Source of the DNA: Aquificaceae bacterium
GTDB lineage: Bacteria; Aquificota; Aquificia; Aquificales; Aquificaceae
Length of the DNA: 64,000 nt
Reading direction: 5' to 3'
NCBI GenBank assembly: GCA_025062075.1
Contig: JANXBA010000022.1
Coordinates: 1,125 to 65,124 of the forward strand
Part shown: one piece after another, positions 38,957-47,766 of the stretch
How the letters are laid out: every line of letters begins with the position of its first letter
Numbering within the stretch: position 1 is the stretch's first letter
Translations under genes and position numbers: made by a program
Notes under the pieces: generated by a model
What the model saw: the letters and a program-made list of their open reading frames with translations, nothing else
What the model was told of the DNA's origin: nothing
Databases searched by the model: none

Positions 38957-39403
38957 ACAGTCTAAGTTTCTATTCGCTATCAGTCTCTCCACCTCCCGCA
39001 GGTTTTGTGTGTATTCCACTCTCTGCCTCTTTTTGAGAGCCTCCTCTAAGAGCTCCAAGGCTTGGCAGTATTGCCCTCTTTCTTTCAAGACGAAGGCCAA
39101 GTTGTTCAGCAGGTCTGGGTCTCTCTCTATACGCAGAGCTCTCTGGTAGAGCTCCTGTGCTTTTTGCATGTCTCCCCGCCTTGCGTAGACGTTGCCTAAA
39201 TTGTAGTAGGCCAGCCAGCTTCTCCTGTCTTTTCTTATGGCCTTGGCGTACTCTTTTTTCGCCAACTCGAGCTTTCCTTCCTTCTCGTAGAGGTATCCCA
39301 GGTCAATGCGCTCCTGTGCACTAAGCGGGTCTTTCAAGACCACCACCGAGACGCAGGAAGCAGAGGACATGACCGCCAGCACCGCAAGTAGCACACCTTT
39401 CAT
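38924..39403 (-). CDS. TPR-repeat probable lipoprotein
   Basis: Start MKGVLLAV...SASC at 39403; TPR motifs LG..Y, AYYNLGNVY, LLNNLA. Confidence 0.8.
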   Translation of the reverse strand: MKGVLLAVLAVMSSASCVSVVVLKDPLSAQERIDLGYLYEKEGKLELAKKEYAKAIRKDRRSWLAYYNLGNVYARRGDMQKAQELYQRALRIERDPDLLNNLAFVLKERGQYCQALELLEEALKKRQRVEYTQNLREVERLIANRNLDCSSLEGEGEPW

Positions 39404-39449
39404 AGGGCGTATTATAACTGCCGTGATATAATATGTCAGGAGGTCCAAG

Positions 39450-39731
39450 ATGAGTGTAGTAGTTAGAATACCCACGCCCCTGAGAAGGGTGACCAACGGC
39501 CAGGGTGAGGTGCAGGTGCAGGCCAGCACGGTGAGAGAGGCCATAGAGAAGCTAGAAGAGAATTTCCCGGGTATTAAAGAGAGGATAATAGACGAGCAGG
39601 GCGAAGTCAGAAAGTTCGTCAACCTTTACGTAAACGACGAGGACATAAGGTTTCTCAGAGGCTTGGATACGGAGCTGAAGTCAGGTGACCTCCTCTCCAT
39701 AGTCCCCGCCATCGCAGGCGGTCAGAGGTAG
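39450..39731 (+). CDS. MoaD/ThiS/CysO-family ubiquitin-like sulfur carrier
   Basis: V.IPT.LR..T.G, VNLYVN.EDIR...L.T.L..GD.....PAIAGG followed by QR. Confidence 0.92.
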   Translation: MSVVVRIPTPLRRVTNGQGEVQVQASTVREAIEKLEENFPGIKERIIDEQGEVRKFVNLYVNDEDIRFLRGLDTELKSGDLLSIVPAIAGGQR

Positions 39732-39976
39732 GCCTTTTCAAGCTGAAGCATGAGCTCATCAAAGAGCTGCTTTGCCATGACTTCAGAGGGGAGCTCTATA
39801 ACCAATTTATCCATGCTACCTGTGAGGATTGAAACCTTTTTGTCTCTGAGTTCTATGCTCTGTATGTGGCGGTAGGGTACGAGTACCATCCTGTCTTTGT
39901 TCTTTGTGGTGTATAGTATGTACTTGCCTTCAAGGCTTACGCCCAGAGACCTTAAGTCTTCCCTGATGCTTCTCAT
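39722..39976 (-). CDS. hypothetical protein (84 aa)
   Basis: ATGA-coupled to upstream methyltransferase; host-like composition. Confidence 0.7.
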   Translation of the reverse strand: MRSIREDLRSLGVSLEGKYILYTTKNKDRMVLVPYRHIQSIELRDKKVSILTGSMDKLVIELPSEVMAKQLFDELMLQLEKAYL

Positions 39977-40602
39977 AGTAGGCCCGGAGGCACTCTTATA
40001 GGGCTGTGAAACCTTTTGGGCTCTTCCTTGACCACCACTGCGTAAGCACCAAAGCAGTACCTGCCCACTTCCACCATCCTACCCACTTTGAGACCTGCCT
40101 CTTCCAACATAAGGCCCACTTCCCACTCGGAGTAAACCTCCTCAGGTGGCGGTCCCTTGTCCCTCTCTTCCTTTTTCCAGTCTATTATACCCACATAGGC
40201 CAACGGTTTGCATACCCTTTTAACTTCTTGCAAGAAGGACACTGGGTCTTCAAGCTCGTGAAAAACGAAGACCATGGATACAAAGTCCACTGTATCGTCA
40301 GGTAGGGGAATCTCGCACTCCTTGGACAGGAGCACCTCCACGTTGGAGAGGTTTAAACTGTCTGCCTTCTTTCTTGCGTACTCCACAGCCAGAGGCTGTA
40401 CGTCTATGCCGTAAACCTTTCCCTCCTGACTTACGAGCTCAGACAGAAAGGGTAGGTAAAAGCCCGCCCCCGTGCCCACGTCCAGCACCTTCATACCCCT
40501 TTTAAGGCCGAAGTCTTTAAAGACCTTGCGAGGGTCAAAAAGCTCCAGCCGGGCCGGGTCGTCTAACTTTTGAAGCTTTGCTGGGTCAAACTTGTGGGCC
40601 AT
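39973..40602 (-). CDS. class I SAM-dependent methyltransferase
   Basis: Start MAHKFDP at 40602; VLDVGTGAGF, FVFHEL.D, IDWKK...GPP. Confidence 0.9.
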   Translation of the reverse strand: MAHKFDPAKLQKLDDPARLELFDPRKVFKDFGLKRGMKVLDVGTGAGFYLPFLSELVSQEGKVYGIDVQPLAVEYARKKADSLNLSNVEVLLSKECEIPLPDDTVDFVSMVFVFHELEDPVSFLQEVKRVCKPLAYVGIIDWKKEERDKGPPPEEVYSEWEVGLMLEEAGLKVGRMVEVGRYCFGAYAVVVKEEPKRFHSPIRVPPGLL

Positions 40603-40663
40603 AAAGGTAAATATATACTGCAGTGGTGGTATAATGCTTGGCAAACCCTTGCGGAGGTACAGG

Positions 40664-41959
40664 ATGAACCTTTACGAGCACGAGGCCTACGAGAAAGTCT
40701 TTAGAAAGTACGAGATACCCACGCCCAGGTTTGTCTTCAGCGACCACCTGAGCGACGATGTGGTGAACTTCATCCAACAGCTGGGCGAGTGCGTGATAAA
40801 GTCTCAGGTGCTCGTCGGAAAGAGGGGAAAGGCTGGAGCGGTAAAACTCTGCAAAAGTCCTGAGGAGGCGATTGAAACCTTTAACGCCCTACTTAACTAC
40901 CCAGTCTACGGGGAGATGCCCGTAGGTCTTATGGTAACCGAGAAGGCAAACATCCTGAAAGAGCTCTACGCCTCCATTACCTACTCGACAGAGACAAGGT
41001 CTCCCGTGCTTACTCTCAGCTTAGAGGGTGGCATGGACATAGAGGAGGTCCCCCCGGAGAAAGTAAAGAGCTGGACCATAGACCCACTGAAAGGACTCTA
41101 CCCTCACATGGTGAGAAACTACCTGCTCGAGCTTGGCCTTCCTACGGAGTACATAGGCGTCCTGAGAGAGCTCTCAGAGGTTGTGGCCAACATGTGGAAT
41201 GCCTTCTGGTCTGTGGAGGCCAGGCTCTTGGAGATAAACCCCCTTGCCATCTGCGAGGTGGGGGGCAAGCAGAGGGTGCTGGCCTTGGATGCGGTGGTGA
41301 CCATTGACGACGATGCCAGCGTGCCACCTGCCAAAATTTACGGCGTCAGGAGTGCCATGAAAAGACCTCCTACCGAGAGGGAGATACAGGCCTCTCTCAT
41401 AGACAGGGACGACCACAGGGGTAAGGCGGGCTCTTACGTAGAAGTGGAAGGGGACATCGCCATGATGACCTTTGGAGGAGGTGGTTCTACGGTCACCATC
41501 GAAACTACCTACGCAGTTGGCCTAAAGCCTGCCAACTTCACCGACATAGGTGGAAACCCACCTGCGGAGAAGATGTACAAGATAACTCGCATAATCCTGT
41601 CCAAGCCCGGCATAAGAGGGGTGCTGGTTTGCGGAGGAACCGCCAACAACACTCGCATAGACGTGACCCTTGGAGAGGGTGTGGCAAACGCCATAAGAGA
41701 CCTCCACAAGGAGGGCAAGCTCGACCCCAACTGGATATGGATAGTGCGCCGTAACGGACCTGAGGCGGAGAAGGGTCTGAAGATGCTCTACGAAGCCCTA
41801 AAAGAGTGCGGCGTCAAAGGGGAGATATACGACTCCTCGCTACCCCTCACGGAGGCACCCATAAGGCTGAAAGAGCTCTTGGACCGCTGTGAAACTCTGA
41901 GGAGCTCCCAAGAGGACAGGCATCTTACGGAAGAGCAGGCAAGGGACTTGGGGATTTAG
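40664..41959 (+). CDS. ccsA: citryl-CoA synthetase large subunit (SucC paralog, reductive TCA)
   Basis: Start MNLYEHEAY at 40664 with SD; KSQVLVGKRGKAG, EINPL, ANF.DIGGNP; closely resembles my recollection of Hydrogenobacter CcsA. Confidence 0.85.
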   Translation: MNLYEHEAYEKVFRKYEIPTPRFVFSDHLSDDVVNFIQQLGECVIKSQVLVGKRGKAGAVKLCKSPEEAIETFNALLNYPVYGEMPVGLMVTEKANILKELYASITYSTETRSPVLTLSLEGGMDIEEVPPEKVKSWTIDPLKGLYPHMVRNYLLELGLPTEYIGVLRELSEVVANMWNAFWSVEARLLEINPLAICEVGGKQRVLALDAVVTIDDDASVPPAKIYGVRSAMKRPPTEREIQASLIDRDDHRGKAGSYVEVEGDIAMMTFGGGGSTVTIETTYAVGLKPANFTDIGGNPPAEKMYKITRIILSKPGIRGVLVCGGTANNTRIDVTLGEGVANAIRDLHKEGKLDPNWIWIVRRNGPEAEKGLKMLYEALKECGVKGEIYDSSLPLTEAPIRLKELLDRCETLRSSQEDRHLTEEQARDLGI

Positions 41960-41962
41960 CTT

Positions 41963-42307
41963 TGGTGGAGGCGGCGGGAATCGAACCCGCGTCCGAGAAC
42001 CTTCAGAACCCGGGGCCTCTACAGGCTTAGCCAGTGCTCCTCTTTAGCCTCGGGGCGTCCACTGGCAAACCCCCTCAAGGCGAGCAAGACTGACGTTTCG
42101 GTCTCAAGCCGGTCCTGCACGGCCTGAAACCTACACCTCCGTTTCTGAACCCTTCCCACCACCCAGAGGCCAAGCGGTGGGAGAGCCGCTACCTCAGTTT
42201 AGGCAGCGAGAGCCAGTTCCCTTTCGGGAAGTGTTTGCTTTGGCTGTTGAGGTTGCCACCCTGCCTGCAACCCCGTCCTACAGCTCCCGTCGAGCCCATT
42301 CGCCCCC
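41963..42307 (-). ncRNA. ssrA: tmRNA (transfer-messenger RNA)
   Basis: 5' GGGGGCG, 3' GGTTCGATTCCCGCCGCCTCCACCA; tag frame 42231-42199 = LPERELALAA*. Confidence 0.97.
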
Positions 42308-42337
42308 TCAGGAGGCAAAGCTTATAATATAGCAAGT

Positions 42338-43474
42338 ATGCCTCGCCTGTCAAGCTCAAGACTCAGAGCCCTGAGAAGACGTCTAAGACTCAAAAAAAGA
42401 AGAGAAAAAACCCTCTTGGAAGTGTATCAGACAAAGCTCGTAGAGTCCCTGAGGGAGCTGAGGATACCTCTTCTGCTCCTCCACTTTTCTCTGAGTGTGG
42501 GCACGCTGGGATACATGTTCCTGTCGGGGGGCAACTTCATAGACTCCCTCTACATGACCGTCATAACCATAGGCACCATAGGGTTTGGAGAGATAGCCGA
42601 AGGGTCGGAGACGCCCCAAGGTAGGATATTTACTACTTTTCTGTCTCTTATGGGCATAGGTGTCTTTACCACCTCTGTTACGGTGGTCATAAGGGTCTTT
42701 CTGGTAGGCGATGTGGTAAATCTTATAAGATATATAAGAATGCTCTCCCAAATAGAGAAGCTGAAAGACCATGCCATAGTCTGTGGCTACAACAAAACCT
42801 CCGCCTGGCTGGTGGAGGCCCTGCGCAAGAGGAAGATAGACTTCGTGGTCGTAGACGCCCGAGAAGGAGCTCTCAAGTATGTGCAACTGCATAACATAAA
42901 GTACTTCGTCAGCGAGGAGCCTTACAAAAAGACTGCGTTGCTCTCCGCAGGCATAAAAAGGGCAAAGTATCTCGTCGCCAACATGGAGCAGGAGGCGGAG
43001 AACATAGCGGTGATTGTCACCGCCAGACTTTTGGAGCCAGACCGGGAAAAACTTTACATCTACTCCACTGCGCCTACCGACGGGAGCGCCCAGAAGCTGG
43101 AAGAGCTGGGTGCCAACAAGGTTATCGTCCCCGACAAGCTCATAGCCAACAGGATATTCTCCTACATGCTCCACGAGGCTGGGGGTTTTGTCTCGGACCT
43201 TTTTGACCGCATAGCCTACGGAGAGGAGGCGGAGCTGGAGATAGTGGAGATAAAGGTCTCCGAGAGGAGCGCGCTGGCGGGGAAGAAGCTCAAAGACATA
43301 GACCTAAGGAGGGTTTACGGTGTTACGGTCATAGGCATAAGGAGGTCTGACGGCAGCCTGGAGCTGACCGTCTCAGGAGACACGCAGATAGAAGAGGGGG
43401 ACGTCCTTCTACTGCTGGGCAGGCCTGTTAACGTGAAGAAGGCCATGAACTTCTACAGAGAGGTGCTGACATGA
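42338..43474 (+). CDS. potassium channel with RCK (TrkA-N/TrkA-C) domains
   Basis: DSLYMTVITIGTIGFG pore, H.IVCGY, TrkA-C (GKKL..IDLR...GV.VIGI.R). Confidence 0.9.
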   Translation: MPRLSSSRLRALRRRLRLKKRREKTLLEVYQTKLVESLRELRIPLLLLHFSLSVGTLGYMFLSGGNFIDSLYMTVITIGTIGFGEIAEGSETPQGRIFTTFLSLMGIGVFTTSVTVVIRVFLVGDVVNLIRYIRMLSQIEKLKDHAIVCGYNKTSAWLVEALRKRKIDFVVVDAREGALKYVQLHNIKYFVSEEPYKKTALLSAGIKRAKYLVANMEQEAENIAVIVTARLLEPDREKLYIYSTAPTDGSAQKLEELGANKVIVPDKLIANRIFSYMLHEAGGFVSDLFDRIAYGEEAELEIVEIKVSERSALAGKKLKDIDLRRVYGVTVIGIRRSDGSLELTVSGDTQIEEGDVLLLLGRPVNVKKAMNFYREVLT

Positions 43475-43809
43475 GGCTCAAGAAGATAATGACTGACTTT
43501 TTTCTCCTTATGGCTCTTACCACGAACTTGAGCTTCCTCTTTGGACCCAACCCCTACGAGCTGGTGATAACGGTGATTGCCAACCTTACCGCCACCATTT
43601 TAAAGCTGGGAGAGGGCAAGATTTTAGCCACGGAGATGACCGCAGCCAGTCTGGTGGCAGACCTTCATCTCATCCCTGCGGCTTTTGTATACTTTCTGGG
43701 CAACATCCCCGAGGCGGTCAGTCTTGCGGTGGGAGCTCTGGCCGCCAACATAATCTCGGTTCTTCTTTCCATCATAGAGGCCATCTTCGGGTATCTGTCA
43801 GAGGAGTAG
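43471..43809 (+). CDS. small membrane protein (DUF6394-like)
   Basis: FF.LM.LTT, AS.LVADLHLIPA, A.GAL.AN; ATGA-coupled to channel. Confidence 0.7.
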   Translation: MRLKKIMTDFFLLMALTTNLSFLFGPNPYELVITVIANLTATILKLGEGKILATEMTAASLVADLHLIPAAFVYFLGNIPEAVSLAVGALAANIISVLLSIIEAIFGYLSEE

Positions 43810-46248
43810 GCTGTCCATGAGTTTTAGCTTTTCCCTCTCTATGGCTTGACCTAACTCTTTGCCCCTGAGACCCTGGAACTGCCCTGCGTCCACCTTGACC
43901 TGACGGAGCTTTTCCATGTAAAGCCGGACCTTGTCCCTGTGGTGGAGCATCAGCAAAAGTAGGAGGGCAACCGGCTTACCCTTCAGGACGGTGTACACCT
44001 CGGAGTTTTTCTCGGCCCTCTGTAGGGCGGAAAGGAGCTCGTGGAACTTCTCTTTTATCAGAGCGTAAGTTTCCACCACCCAGCCGGGCGCACTCATCTC
44101 CCGGAGGAACTCTTCCCCCTTTTGCACGTCCTTTAAAAGTAGGAGCAGGAAGACCCAGCCGTAGTCTAAGCTCTCCTGGGGGAACTCTATTCTGTGCCAG
44201 CTCAGAACTTCTCTGAGTTTTTCCAGCTGGGCATCCAGCTTCGGGCTGAAGGTAAAGCCCTCTATAACCTGCTCCAGGACGTTGTACTTTTTGTATAGCT
44301 CTATTATGTCTGTGAGCTTCTCCTCCCGCAAGGAGAGCCTGAGCTCGTTGAGGAGCCTACCTCTTGGTGCCTGCTTGAGGAGCTGGAGTTCCACTGCCTT
44401 CCTGAGGAGTTTCTCCGTGTTCTTGGAGAGCCTAAAGCCGAACCTGCCTGCAAACCTAAGCGCCCGCAGGATTCTGACCGGGTCCTCTACGAAGCTCATG
44501 GGATGGAGCACTCTCAAAAGGCCCTCTTTTAGGTCCTTCAGACCGCCAAAGTAGTCTATGAGCGTGCCGAAGTCCTCGGGGTTTATGGAAAGAGCCATGG
44601 CGTTTATGGTAAAGTCCCGTCTGAGCAGGTCCTCTTTGAGGCTGGCCCGTTCCACTACAGGATAGGCACCGGGATGAGGGTAGGTTTCTCTTCGGGTGGT
44701 TGCCAGCTCTAACTTGGTGTTTTGCACCTTCAGGTGGGCGGTGCCAAAGTCCTCAAAGGCGTGCACCTCCACGCCGAAGAGCTCGGAAAGCCTACGGGCA
44801 AGGGCCAAGGCATCACCCTCCACCACCAAGTCCAGGTCCCAGATGCTCTTTCTCATAAGAAGGTCCCTTACCACGCCGCCCACCAGATGGACCCGGTAGC
44901 CCATGGAGCTGGCCTGTTTGCCTATCAGCTCAAGAAGACCTCTCATGGAGAGCGGGACGTCTATCCTCTTCTCAGAGGCCTTGAGCTCTCGTAGGTGCTC
45001 TCTGTAGGTCTGCATAAGGTCCAGGCGGGTGATTACCCCCACGGGACGACCCTGTTCTACCACTGGTATGAGCTTCTCTCCGTATCGGGAGAGCACTTCC
45101 TCAGCCTTCCAGATAAACTCTTCAGGCTCAAGCGCGTGAAACTCCTCCAGCATAAAGTCCCTTACCTTGCCCTCTACGCGGTGCTTCTGGGCCCTCAGAA
45201 GGCTCTTTTTGTAAACCACGCCCACGAGCCTTCTCTCCGCATCCACCACCGGAGCTCCCGCAAAGCCTCTACTGGAGAGTTCCAGAAGGGCGCTCTGCGC
45301 TTCCATGTCCTGAGGGAGCACGAAGGGAGGATGGCTCATCACTTCCCGCACCCTCAGTGGTACCCTCTCACCCCTGAGCATGAGCTTCAACATCTCTTTT
45401 AGCCTATCTCCAGACACGCTCTCTAACTTGACCGCACCTGCATACTCGTGCCCCCCTCCGCCAAACTCCTGAAGCACCCGCCCCACGTCCATCTCTCCCT
45501 TCGTAGAGCGCCCAAAAAGGTAGGTCTTTCCGCTTGCCTCCACTATTGCAAAGAAGGCACAAGCTCCTCTTATTTCTTTTAGCTGGTAGAGGAGGCTAAG
45601 AAGGTCCGGTCTGTACTCTTCAGACTTTAGCACTGCGATGCTTACTCGCTTGCCCTCCACGAAGAGGTTCTCTAAGCTGGTCATCTGCTTGGATAGCAGG
45701 TCTATGTCCTCTTTTTCTATGTCCTCTCCCAAGAGCCTGCGCAAAGTTTCCAGCTGTAGGCCTCTTTGCAGGAGCCAGACCACCGCCTGGGCGTCCCTGT
45801 AGGTGGTGCCCTCGTAGGTAAGCATGCCCGTATCTTCGTATATGCCCAGCGCAAGCAAGGTGGCAGACTCTGGGTCCACTTCCACGCCCTGTCTTGTGAG
45901 CTCTTCCACCAGCAGTGTGGTACAGCTCCCTACAGGCTCCACCTTGCCCTTAAAACCCTGAGGTGCCCCAGGGTGATGGTCGTAGATGTACACTTCTTTT
46001 ATCCTGTCTCCCCAGTTTTGGAGATACCGCTCGTAGTTGTGGCTGTCCACCAGAACGAGCTCAAAGGTCTCCGGCGGCTCTTCTACGAGACGGAAGCGGT
46101 GGCGGAAGTTAGAAAAGGCTTTACTGGCTCTGTGGGACAGGTGGTGAGGTCTGAGCAGGTAGGCATCTTCGTAGAGAAGCAGGACACCGTAGGCGGAGGA
46201 GAGGGCATCCAAGTCCGCACCCTCCTCCAGGAAGACCAGCTTCGCCAT
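43798..46248 (-). CDS. A-adding tRNA nucleotidyltransferase with N-terminal DHH/DHHA1 and CBS domains
   Basis: D.DA, DHH, DTG, GGGH; CBS pair; VGGVVRD..WDLDL, RRDFTINAM, EDPVRILR; flexible loop RRETYPHPGAYP retained. Confidence 0.9.
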   Translation of the reverse strand: MAKLVFLEEGADLDALSSAYGVLLLYEDAYLLRPHHLSHRASKAFSNFRHRFRLVEEPPETFELVLVDSHNYERYLQNWGDRIKEVYIYDHHPGAPQGFKGKVEPVGSCTTLLVEELTRQGVEVDPESATLLALGIYEDTGMLTYEGTTYRDAQAVVWLLQRGLQLETLRRLLGEDIEKEDIDLLSKQMTSLENLFVEGKRVSIAVLKSEEYRPDLLSLLYQLKEIRGACAFFAIVEASGKTYLFGRSTKGEMDVGRVLQEFGGGGHEYAGAVKLESVSGDRLKEMLKLMLRGERVPLRVREVMSHPPFVLPQDMEAQSALLELSSRGFAGAPVVDAERRLVGVVYKKSLLRAQKHRVEGKVRDFMLEEFHALEPEEFIWKAEEVLSRYGEKLIPVVEQGRPVGVITRLDLMQTYREHLRELKASEKRIDVPLSMRGLLELIGKQASSMGYRVHLVGGVVRDLLMRKSIWDLDLVVEGDALALARRLSELFGVEVHAFEDFGTAHLKVQNTKLELATTRRETYPHPGAYPVVERASLKEDLLRRDFTINAMALSINPEDFGTLIDYFGGLKDLKEGLLRVLHPMSFVEDPVRILRALRFAGRFGFRLSKNTEKLLRKAVELQLLKQAPRGRLLNELRLSLREEKLTDIIELYKKYNVLEQVIEGFTFSPKLDAQLEKLREVLSWHRIEFPQESLDYGWVFLLLLLKDVQKGEEFLREMSAPGWVVETYALIKEKFHELLSALQRAEKNSEVYTVLKGKPVALLLLLMLHHRDKVRLYMEKLRQVKVDAGQFQGLRGKELGQAIEREKLKLMDSLLL

Positions 46249-46265
46249 GAAGTTAAAATTATAGT

Positions 46266-46529
46266 GTGCTGAACCTTCTTATCACCGCACTGGTAGGGTT
46301 CCTACTGGGACTTGGCTTTGTGGAGCTAACCTACAGGTTGGCAGGTAGCTCGCTGTACCTTTTGAGCCTGCCTTTTAAGCTTACCCTGTGGGCCACTTCT
46401 CTTGCTTACTGCCAGATAGAGTTTGGACTGTATGGACTTTTCTCCTGCCTGTTGGGCTTTCTGACGGGGTTTTTCCTCCTGCTCACCTTGAGGGCGTTCG
46501 TAGGCAATGGAAGAGCTCAAAATTCTTGA
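46266..46529 (+). CDS. hypothetical membrane protein (87 aa)
   Basis: Three hydrophobic segments; TAAAAT 6 nt before GTG. Confidence 0.65.
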   Translation: MLNLLITALVGFLLGLGFVELTYRLAGSSLYLLSLPFKLTLWATSLAYCQIEFGLYGLFSCLLGFLTGFFLLLTLRAFVGNGRAQNS

Positions 46530-46884
46530 ACCCCTCTTTCGGGACGCTCTGTTCCAGTTTTTTCTCTACATGGCCCTTATTCAGGTTCTGTCTCAAGTGT
46601 TCTTAGACAGGCGCATAGCCTTCTGGGTATCCTCTCTTAGCACTACAATACTGTGGCTTAGGTCCTTTGACCCGGTCACGCCCCTCAAAGCTTGGGGAAT
46701 AATACTGCTTGTCTTTGCCCTCTACTTGGTGCCCGAGTTTTTTTTCCAACTTAACCTGTTTCTGTATCTGAAGGGAAAAAAGAGATGCCCGCAGTGCTAC
46801 TGTGAAGCTCACTGGAGAGCTAAGGTCTGCCCCTTCTGCGGTTACCTCTTCAAAGATGTAGAAAAGAGAAGCCGGGAGGTCTAA
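46507..46884 (+). CDS. membrane protein with C-terminal zinc ribbon
   Basis: TM segments then CPQC...AKVCPFCGY. Confidence 0.75.
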   Translation: MEELKILEPLFRDALFQFFLYMALIQVLSQVFLDRRIAFWVSSLSTTILWLRSFDPVTPLKAWGIILLVFALYLVPEFFFQLNLFLYLKGKKRCPQCYCEAHWRAKVCPFCGYLFKDVEKRSREV

Positions 46885-46915
46885 ATTACTCTCTACAACC
46901 CTGAGGAGGTAAGGC

Positions 46916-47053
46916 ATGGCTACGGTAGACCTGTACAGGGCACTTATGAAAAGGGCTTTTACGGTGCTCATGCAGGAGAAAGAGAGAAAGAAAAGCGCCC
47001 TCAGTCTAAGGCTCAAAATGCAAAAAACCTTATCCAAAACTTCCCAGCAGTAA
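46916..47053 (+). CDS. small basic protein (45 aa), below ORF-track cutoff
   Basis: SD GAGGAGGT 5 nt before ATG; MATVDLYRALMKRAFTVLMQEKERKKSALSLRLKMQKTLSKTSQQ*. Confidence 0.55.
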   Translation: MATVDLYRALMKRAFTVLMQEKERKKSALSLRLKMQKTLSKTSQQ

Positions 47054-47060
47054 AGGGCTC

Positions 47061-47741
47061 TCAGGTGGCTTCCATCAGCTGCATGAGCTCTCTGATGAGA
47101 GTGGCGGGTTCCACCTCCTTGGGACATGCCAGATTGCACTTGTTGCAGGAAAGGCAGTGGTATAGCCTTCCCTCCAGCACCGCCTGTCTGGTCCTGAGCT
47201 CTTTTCTGTCCTCTCTGGGGTCTTCGTAGAGTCTGTAGAGCTTGGCAAACAGCAGCGGACCTGCGTAGTTTTCCTCCAGTACCTGTGGACAGTAAGACTG
47301 GCAGGCGAAGCACAGAATGCAGTCTGCGGCGCTCTCTATACGTCTGCTGAGGTCCGGGGGTATGCGAGGGTTTTCAGCCTTCTCCCTTATCCACAGGCTC
47401 ATGCTCTTTGCCTTTTTTATGAGGCTTTCGCTGTCCACCACCAGGTCTTTGATTACTTGAAAGTTTTTCAGAGGTTCTATCAGCAGCTCGTCGCCGAAGA
47501 GGGCGTAGGGTAGCACCTGTTCCTTGCAGGCGAGCTTGGGAAAGCCGTTCACCATTACGGTGCAGGTCCCACATATGCCCGCCCTACAGAAGTGCCTGAA
47601 GCTGAGGCTTGGATCTTGACTTTCCTTTATCTTCTGGAGGGCGGTCAGTAAGGTCATGCCCTCCTCGTAGGGAACTTCAAAGGTCTGGTAGTAGGGCTCT
47701 TGGTGTTCTTTGTGTCTTTTTATTCTCAGTCTTAGAAGCAT
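47061..47741 (-). CDS. succinate dehydrogenase/fumarate reductase iron-sulfur subunit
   Basis: Start MLLRL at 47741; CRAGICGTC..NG..KLAC, CILCFACQSYCP, CLSCNKCNLACPK. Confidence 0.93.
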   Translation of the reverse strand: MLLRLRIKRHKEHQEPYYQTFEVPYEEGMTLLTALQKIKESQDPSLSFRHFCRAGICGTCTVMVNGFPKLACKEQVLPYALFGDELLIEPLKNFQVIKDLVVDSESLIKKAKSMSLWIREKAENPRIPPDLSRRIESAADCILCFACQSYCPQVLEENYAGPLLFAKLYRLYEDPREDRKELRTRQAVLEGRLYHCLSCNKCNLACPKEVEPATLIRELMQLMEAT

Positions 47742-47766
47742 GCCTAAATAATGTATCCTATTGTGT

